From Zymomonas mobilis subsp. mobilis ATCC 10988 (lineage in GTDB: Bacteria; Pseudomonadota; Alphaproteobacteria; Sphingomonadales; Sphingomonadaceae), in NCBI RefSeq assembly GCF_000175255.2, contig NC_017262.1, positions 390,001 through 422,000 of the forward strand: 32,000 bases of DNA, read 5' to 3'. Below are positions 28,256 to 32,000 of this stretch, piece by piece. A program made the position numbers and the translations under genes. The stretch's first letter is position 1. Each line of letters begins with the position of its first letter. Below the pieces are notes generated by a model. It did no database searches, had not been told where the DNA came from, and saw only the letters and a program-made list of their open reading frames with translations.

Positions 28256-28290
28256 AACGGCACAGAGAACTGTGCCGTTATTCAATTTTG
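28256..28290 (+). terminator. Rho-independent terminator after the GST gene
   Basis: AACGGCACAG-AGAA-CTGTGCCGTT is a 10-bp perfect stem, followed by ATTCAATTTT. Confidence 0.6.
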
Positions 28291-28466
28291 TGAGTCGATT
28301 ACAAATATTTTAAAAATCAAAAATTTTATTATATAAATTTAAAATTCAATAAATATTGATATATTTTTATAATACAACTCCAACAAAAATAACATTTTAC
28401 CATAACCAGCTTTCCTACAGAGAGTCTTGTTGATATTTTTAGAACATAACAAGAACAAAAAGGAAT

Positions 28467-28799
28467 GTGGTTATGAGGAATTCTGAAAAGGCAATGGTAT
28501 CCCCTGATATGCTGCCTGCACTGACCCGAAATGCAGTTGCATCGACGGGATACCCGCCTGTTAAAAAGCATCTTGGATATGGCGATACCGTCAAAAAACA
28601 ACAATTATCGCATCAAAAAATAGAAAGCTCTGCGGCTAACTATTTAAGGCGCAAGGGTTATGTGCCGGTATGCCATGCCAATATTGTGGACATCACTTTT
28701 CCTCGAGATGTCTGGCTTGTCGGACAACATGTCATATCAACGGAAGATATGCTTGAAATGGCGAACATCCACGGATTCCGATCAGAAATCGTTCAATAA
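28467..28799 (+). CDS. Hypothetical 110-aa protein heading the lysis islet (possibly the gene described as zliE)
   Basis: The ORF has a GTG start 6 nt after AAGGA, with an ATG two codons in. It has no signal peptide or TM helix and no motif I can assign. It is preceded by about 175 bp of extremely AT-rich DNA. Confidence 0.45.
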   Translation: MVMRNSEKAMVSPDMLPALTRNAVASTGYPPVKKHLGYGDTVKKQQLSHQKIESSAANYLRRKGYVPVCHANIVDITFPRDVWLVGQHVISTEDMLEMANIHGFRSEIVQ

Positions 28800-28936
28800 A
28801 TCGAAGCTCAAGGGTGACCATCGATAGTGACAAGTTTCCTATTTTAAAATGGTCGCCCATATTCATTTTCAGGAAATTCTAAAATGATCGGAATCCGTCT
28901 TTCTCGACTGTTATCAGGGAATAGGAAGACTATCTC

Positions 28937-29491
28937 ATGATGACAGCCGCCGATTTTATCCGTTGGTATATCCAGCATTGGGAAGGTCAATTGTCTCTTG
29001 ATCCCAAGGATCGAGGCAATTGGTGGAATGGTCAATTAGTAGGCTCAAAATATGGCATCACCGCTGCGGCGCTTTCCAGCGAACGCCAGACATCTCATAT
29101 CACGGCTTTTGATATAGCCGGACTGACAGAAGATGAAGCTGTTAGCATAGGCCTCGCACAATATTACCATGCTTCCGGCTTGGATAAATTGCCTTGGAAT
29201 CATGTCACTGCTTCGGTGTTAGACAAGGCATGGGGATCAGGCCCCAAAACAGCCATTCGGCTCTTACAAGGTCTTATTGGTGTATCGCCTGACGGGGTTG
29301 TCGGGGATAAAACCATTCAAGCCTATCGGGATTGGATAGAGAAAAATGGCGAAGCACAAGCCGCTATTATATGGGCAAAAACACGGGAAAATTTTGATTT
29401 ATCCCTTCACCAGCCTCGATTTTTGAAAGGATGGAATAATCGGACAACCAGTTATTTACCCGATGGTCAATGGTGGTCTGCCATGACCTAA
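28937..29491 (+). CDS. zliS: GH108-family N-acetylmuramidase (phage endolysin type) with C-terminal PG_binding_3-like domain; 'secretion activator' ZliS-type protein
   Basis: The N-terminus HWEGQLSLDPKDRGNWWNGQLVGSKYGIT aligns to the GH108 signature HEGGY..DP.D.GG.T..GIT. The C-terminus PDGVVGDKTIQAY matches the VDG.IG..T peptidoglycan-binding repeat. AGGAAG lies 8 nt before the ATG. The name is from my recollection that the founding 'secretion activator' member of GH108/DUF847 is Z. mobilis ZliS. Confidence 0.8.
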   Translation: MMTAADFIRWYIQHWEGQLSLDPKDRGNWWNGQLVGSKYGITAAALSSERQTSHITAFDIAGLTEDEAVSIGLAQYYHASGLDKLPWNHVTASVLDKAWGSGPKTAIRLLQGLIGVSPDGVVGDKTIQAYRDWIEKNGEAQAAIIWAKTRENFDLSLHQPRFLKGWNNRTTSYLPDGQWWSAMT

Positions 29492-29525
29492 AAAGAACAA
29501 AACCTGAACAAAATGGAGAAAAACA

Positions 29526-29747
29526 ATGAGGCATTTTTATACAGTCATAGGCTGGATAAAAGGCCGTTTGAAAGAACGCACAACATGGGGAGGTCTGCTT
29601 ATCGTCGTTGGCACATTGCTGGGACATGACATGGGATGGATTAACAATATGGCGCAAGGGATCGGGATGGCGACCTTTGGCGGAACCCTGATTTCTTTCA
29701 GTAATCAGGATAATAAAAATATCCAGAATGAAGGCTGCCATGATTGA
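29526..29747 (+). CDS. Small two-TM membrane protein, putative holin
   Basis: 73 aa with two hydrophobic segments (TWGGLLIVVGTLLG; MAQGIGMATFGGTLISF) and a polar, weakly acidic C-terminal tail. It sits between the endolysin and the spanins. Confidence 0.5.
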   Translation: MRHFYTVIGWIKGRLKERTTWGGLLIVVGTLLGHDMGWINNMAQGIGMATFGGTLISFSNQDNKNIQNEGCHD

Positions 29748-30168
29748 GCTACCTTTAATTTGGTCTTTTATAAAAGGCTCATGGAAACCAATTTTGGCGA
29801 TATCGGCCATTTTTCTTGCGATCGGGCTGATCCATCACGATGGCTATCGGCGCGGTAAACGGCATGAACAGGCAAAATATGAAAAAGCTCTGGAAACCGC
29901 CCAGAAACAAGCCAATCTTGCCCAACAACAAATAGACGATTTGACCCGTCAGATGGGTCTTATTCAGCAAGAACAAGGCGATAAAATAAGGAATATTCAA
30001 GAAAATGCACAAAAAATGGCAACCCAGCCGGTATATAATACTGTCTGTGGCAATGCTGATGCTTCCCGCTTGCTCGACGACGCGCGTCGTGCAGCCAATG
30101 CCGGACTTGCCAGCCAATCTGATGACACCCCCGCCCCCGCTACCCGCCTTTCCTCACAATCCCGATAA
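29740..30168 (+). CDS. Inner-membrane spanin component (Rz-like i-spanin)
   Basis: It has an N-terminal TM anchor (WKPILAISAIFLAIGLI) followed by a Gln/Ala/Glu-rich coiled coil (EQAKYEKALETAQKQANLAQQQIDDLTRQMGLIQQEQ). ATG 29740 is preceded by GAAGG and overlaps the upstream stop. The ORF track start at 29728 is in the same frame. Confidence 0.6.
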   Translation: MIELPLIWSFIKGSWKPILAISAIFLAIGLIHHDGYRRGKRHEQAKYEKALETAQKQANLAQQQIDDLTRQMGLIQQEQGDKIRNIQENAQKMATQPVYNTVCGNADASRLLDDARRAANAGLASQSDDTPAPATRLSSQSR

Positions 30169-30298
30169 TAGGATGACCGCTGCCGAATGGCTTCAGGGTA
30201 GTATCAATCTTTATGAAACAGCCGGTTCTATTCGATTGCAATTATTAGCTTTACAGGCAGCGGTGCAGACCGAAAACAAAACGAACGAACCTAAATAG
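30005..30298 (+). CDS. Outer-membrane lipoprotein spanin component (Rz1-like o-spanin)
   Basis: It starts in the +1 frame inside the 3' end of the i-spanin gene and extends 130 nt beyond it. The signal peptide has a lipobox-like LPAC (MHKKWQPSRYIILSVAMLMLPAC|S). The mature part is short and proline-rich (PMPDLPANLMTPPPPLPAFP). Confidence 0.6.
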   Translation: MHKKWQPSRYIILSVAMLMLPACSTTRVVQPMPDLPANLMTPPPPLPAFPHNPDNRMTAAEWLQGSINLYETAGSIRLQLLALQAAVQTENKTNEPK

Positions 30299-30304
30299 TC
30301 AAAG

Positions 30305-31315
30305 TCATTTATTGGCATAATAAACGGCACGGGCAATGGCTCGTGTGACACAATCAGCAGCAGCAGAACCGATACGCGCCAATTCTAAATTCGCTATTTT
30401 TCCCTCAGCTATAGAAACCGCACCGGAAGACAACGCAAATAAAGTATCACCATCAAAAGGTGTATGCACTGGCCTAACAGCCCTAGCAAAACCGTCCTGT
30501 GCCATAATAGCTAATCTTTTTGTCTGGTTGCGATCGAGTTCTGCTGTTGTTGCAACAACAGCCAACATCGTATTGGCGCCGCCTTTTAAACGAAAATTCT
30601 CGGAAAGTCGCTCGATATCGGGAAAGGGATCATTATAGGATACCTGCCTGATATCGGGTTTTTCTCCTCCAAATTCCTGACCGATTTCAAAAGGCCAGGC
30701 CCAAAAATGCCGATTATCATCCATATAAGGAGAACCAACGGGATTAGCGGCGACTAAAGCGCCTACGATTATCCCATCATCCAAATCCAAAGAGGCTGAG
30801 CCAATACCGCCCCTGACATGACCAGCCAAAGCACCATAGCCCGCTCCGGCTCGTCCTAGATCAAAAGAAATATCGGCTTTTTGTAACGCGGTTTTTCCCA
30901 GTTGATAGTAAGGCGGGGTATTACCCCAATCTTTTTTGCCGCCATTCGCCAGATCATAAAGCACTGCCGTTGGAATGATTGGCACAGGATTGTGGCAGCT
31001 ATTGATATTCAACCCCTTTCCCTCTTGAGATAGGGCTACAGTTACCGCATCGGCGGCGGCCAATCCAAAAACAGATCCTCCGGTCAAAACGATAGCATGC
31101 ACGCCGCCAACCAGATTTTCGGGATCAAGCACGGCAGTTTCTCGCCCACCAGGGCCCCCGCCACGAATATCGACTGCGGCCGTCCACAAAGACGGACAGG
31201 TCAAAACGGTAACACCCGTTTCAGCGATCGGATCTTCTGATTGCCCAACTAATAGGCCGCCGACATCCGTAATCAAATTAAGGTTGCCGGTTTTGGGAGA
31301 AAATGTCTGTTTCAA
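30305..31315 (-). CDS. Peptidase family S58/P1 (DmpA-type L-aminopeptidase/D-esterase)
   Basis: 336 aa with NLITDVGGLLVGQ, GVTVL and GGSVFGL, a pattern typical of DmpA/BapA Ntn-hydrolases. The start codon is TTG, and no nearby in-frame ATG exists. Confidence 0.8.
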   Translation of the reverse strand: MKQTFSPKTGNLNLITDVGGLLVGQSEDPIAETGVTVLTCPSLWTAAVDIRGGGPGGRETAVLDPENLVGGVHAIVLTGGSVFGLAAADAVTVALSQEGKGLNINSCHNPVPIIPTAVLYDLANGGKKDWGNTPPYYQLGKTALQKADISFDLGRAGAGYGALAGHVRGGIGSASLDLDDGIIVGALVAANPVGSPYMDDNRHFWAWPFEIGQEFGGEKPDIRQVSYNDPFPDIERLSENFRLKGGANTMLAVVATTAELDRNQTKRLAIMAQDGFARAVRPVHTPFDGDTLFALSSGAVSIAEGKIANLELARIGSAAADCVTRAIARAVYYANK

Positions 31316-31465
31316 AAAAACCTGCTATTCAAAACATTTAAAAGAACGGTTTCTAGATTATTCTAAAACCAAAAATTTTCGACCGAAAGAAGTGTACTGC
31401 TTTTATTTTGATTACCAATTCCAACCGCTATCTCCTATAGTCTGATCCTGAAAAGAAGGCAGACT

Positions 31466-32000
31466 ATGACAAATATGATCGATCCTCATCTTTTGCTTAG
31501 TGCTTATGCGACCGGCATTTTTCCGATGTCGGATAGTCGGGAAACAGATGAAGTTTATTGGGTTGAACCCAAAAAACGCGGAATATTGCCCCTCGATCAT
31601 TTTCATTTATCGCGCTCTTTGGCTAAGATTATTCGCTCTGATCGTTTTTTAGTAACCGCAGACCGCGATTTTGAAGCGGTTATTGACCTTTGTGCCGAAC
31701 CAACAGAAGATCGCCCCGACAGCTGGATTAATCCCCCTATCCGTGCAGCTTATTGCCAGCTCCATAATTTAGGTTATGCCCATTCTATCGAATGTTGGCT
31801 GGATAACCGTTTGGTTGGCGGCCTTTACGGAGTCAATCTAGGCTATGCCTTTTTTGGGGAAAGCATGTTCAGTCGGGTCAGCAATGCATCAAAAGTAGCG
31901 TTGGCTTGGCTGGTAGCCAGATTGAAAGTCGGCAATTTCAGCTTGCTTGATTGCCAATTTATTACCGATCATCTCGCCTCTATGGGGGCAATAGAAATCA
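31466..32000 (+). CDS. aat: Leucyl/phenylalanyl-tRNA--protein transferase, 3'-truncated by the window edge
   Basis: This ORF is absent from the ORF track because it is open at the edge. Hand translation gives MTNMIDPHLLLSAYATGIFPMSDSRETDEVYWVEPKKRGILPLDHFHLSRSLAK…ECWLDNRLVGGLYGVNLGYAFFGESMFSR…LLDCQFITDHLASMGA, the Aat signature. GAAGG precedes the ATG. Confidence 0.9.
   Translation, partial: MTNMIDPHLLLSAYATGIFPMSDSRETDEVYWVEPKKRGILPLDHFHLSRSLAKIIRSDRFLVTADRDFEAVIDLCAEPTEDRPDSWINPPIRAAYCQLHNLGYAHSIECWLDNRLVGGLYGVNLGYAFFGESMFSRVSNASKVALAWLVARLKVGNFSLLDCQFITDHLASMGAIEI

Noticed and set aside
28844-29035. 63-aa minus-strand ORF overlapping the zliS start, and the 147-aa and 112-aa minus-strand ORFs at 29367..29810 and 29779..30117
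   Set aside because: They are antisense to the co-directional lysis genes, which have RBSs and coherent functional signatures. They have no features of their own.
28291-30300. Interpretation of the lysis islet as part of an intact prophage
   Set aside because: No integrase, repressor, terminase, capsid, tail or att-like repeat is visible within about 8 kb upstream or in the 1.7 kb downstream to the window edge. The flanks are ordinary metabolic genes. I therefore describe it as an orphan cassette, which can only be confirmed outside this window.
31412-31606. 64-aa minus-strand ORF
   Set aside because: It is antisense to the clearly recognisable aat coding sequence, which starts at 31466.
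1-32000. CRISPR arrays, rRNA genes, tmRNA/SRP/6S-like RNAs
   Set aside because: I saw no regularly spaced direct repeats and no conserved core motifs of these RNAs in the intergenic regions. The only RNA genes I can support are the three tRNAs.

Overview
This is a chromosomal window from a moderately AT-rich alphaproteobacterium. By recognition of several proteins, not by any search, it looks like Zymomonas mobilis: a 512-aa intracellular GH32 sucrase, a PhoD-type alkaline phosphatase and a ZliS-like GH108 protein. Most of the window is housekeeping. In order, it holds an EmrAB-like efflux operon with an outer-membrane lipoprotein and a divergent TetR gene; nagA; a monoheme cytochrome c; mtgA; the cytochrome bc1 operon petABC; trmL-hemF-GNAT; and tRNA-Leu/tig/GT2/clpP/clpX. 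These are followed by an aldose epimerase, sacA, an SDR epimerase, MarR plus guanine deaminase, phoD, an aromatic aminotransferase, a DMT permease, GST, a DmpA-type peptidase and the start of aat. Four regions are not ordinary. (1) 28.3-30.3 kb is an AT-rich-headed islet. It carries a small unknown gene and a complete phage-type lysis cassette (GH108 muramidase, small 2-TM holin-like protein, overlapped i-/o-spanin pair), with no other phage genes nearby. This is the best candidate for an under-described system. (2) sacA is bracketed by two identical full-length tRNA-Gln genes that form 85-bp perfect direct repeats. (3) A 1.5-kb gene-poor stretch (8.8-10.3 kb) contains two decayed IS5-family transposase relics. 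(4) tig-clpP-clpX is interrupted by a membrane GT2 gene, and Tig carries a His/Asp plus Lys/Ala/Pro-rich tail. No CRISPR array, rRNA or intact mobile element was seen.
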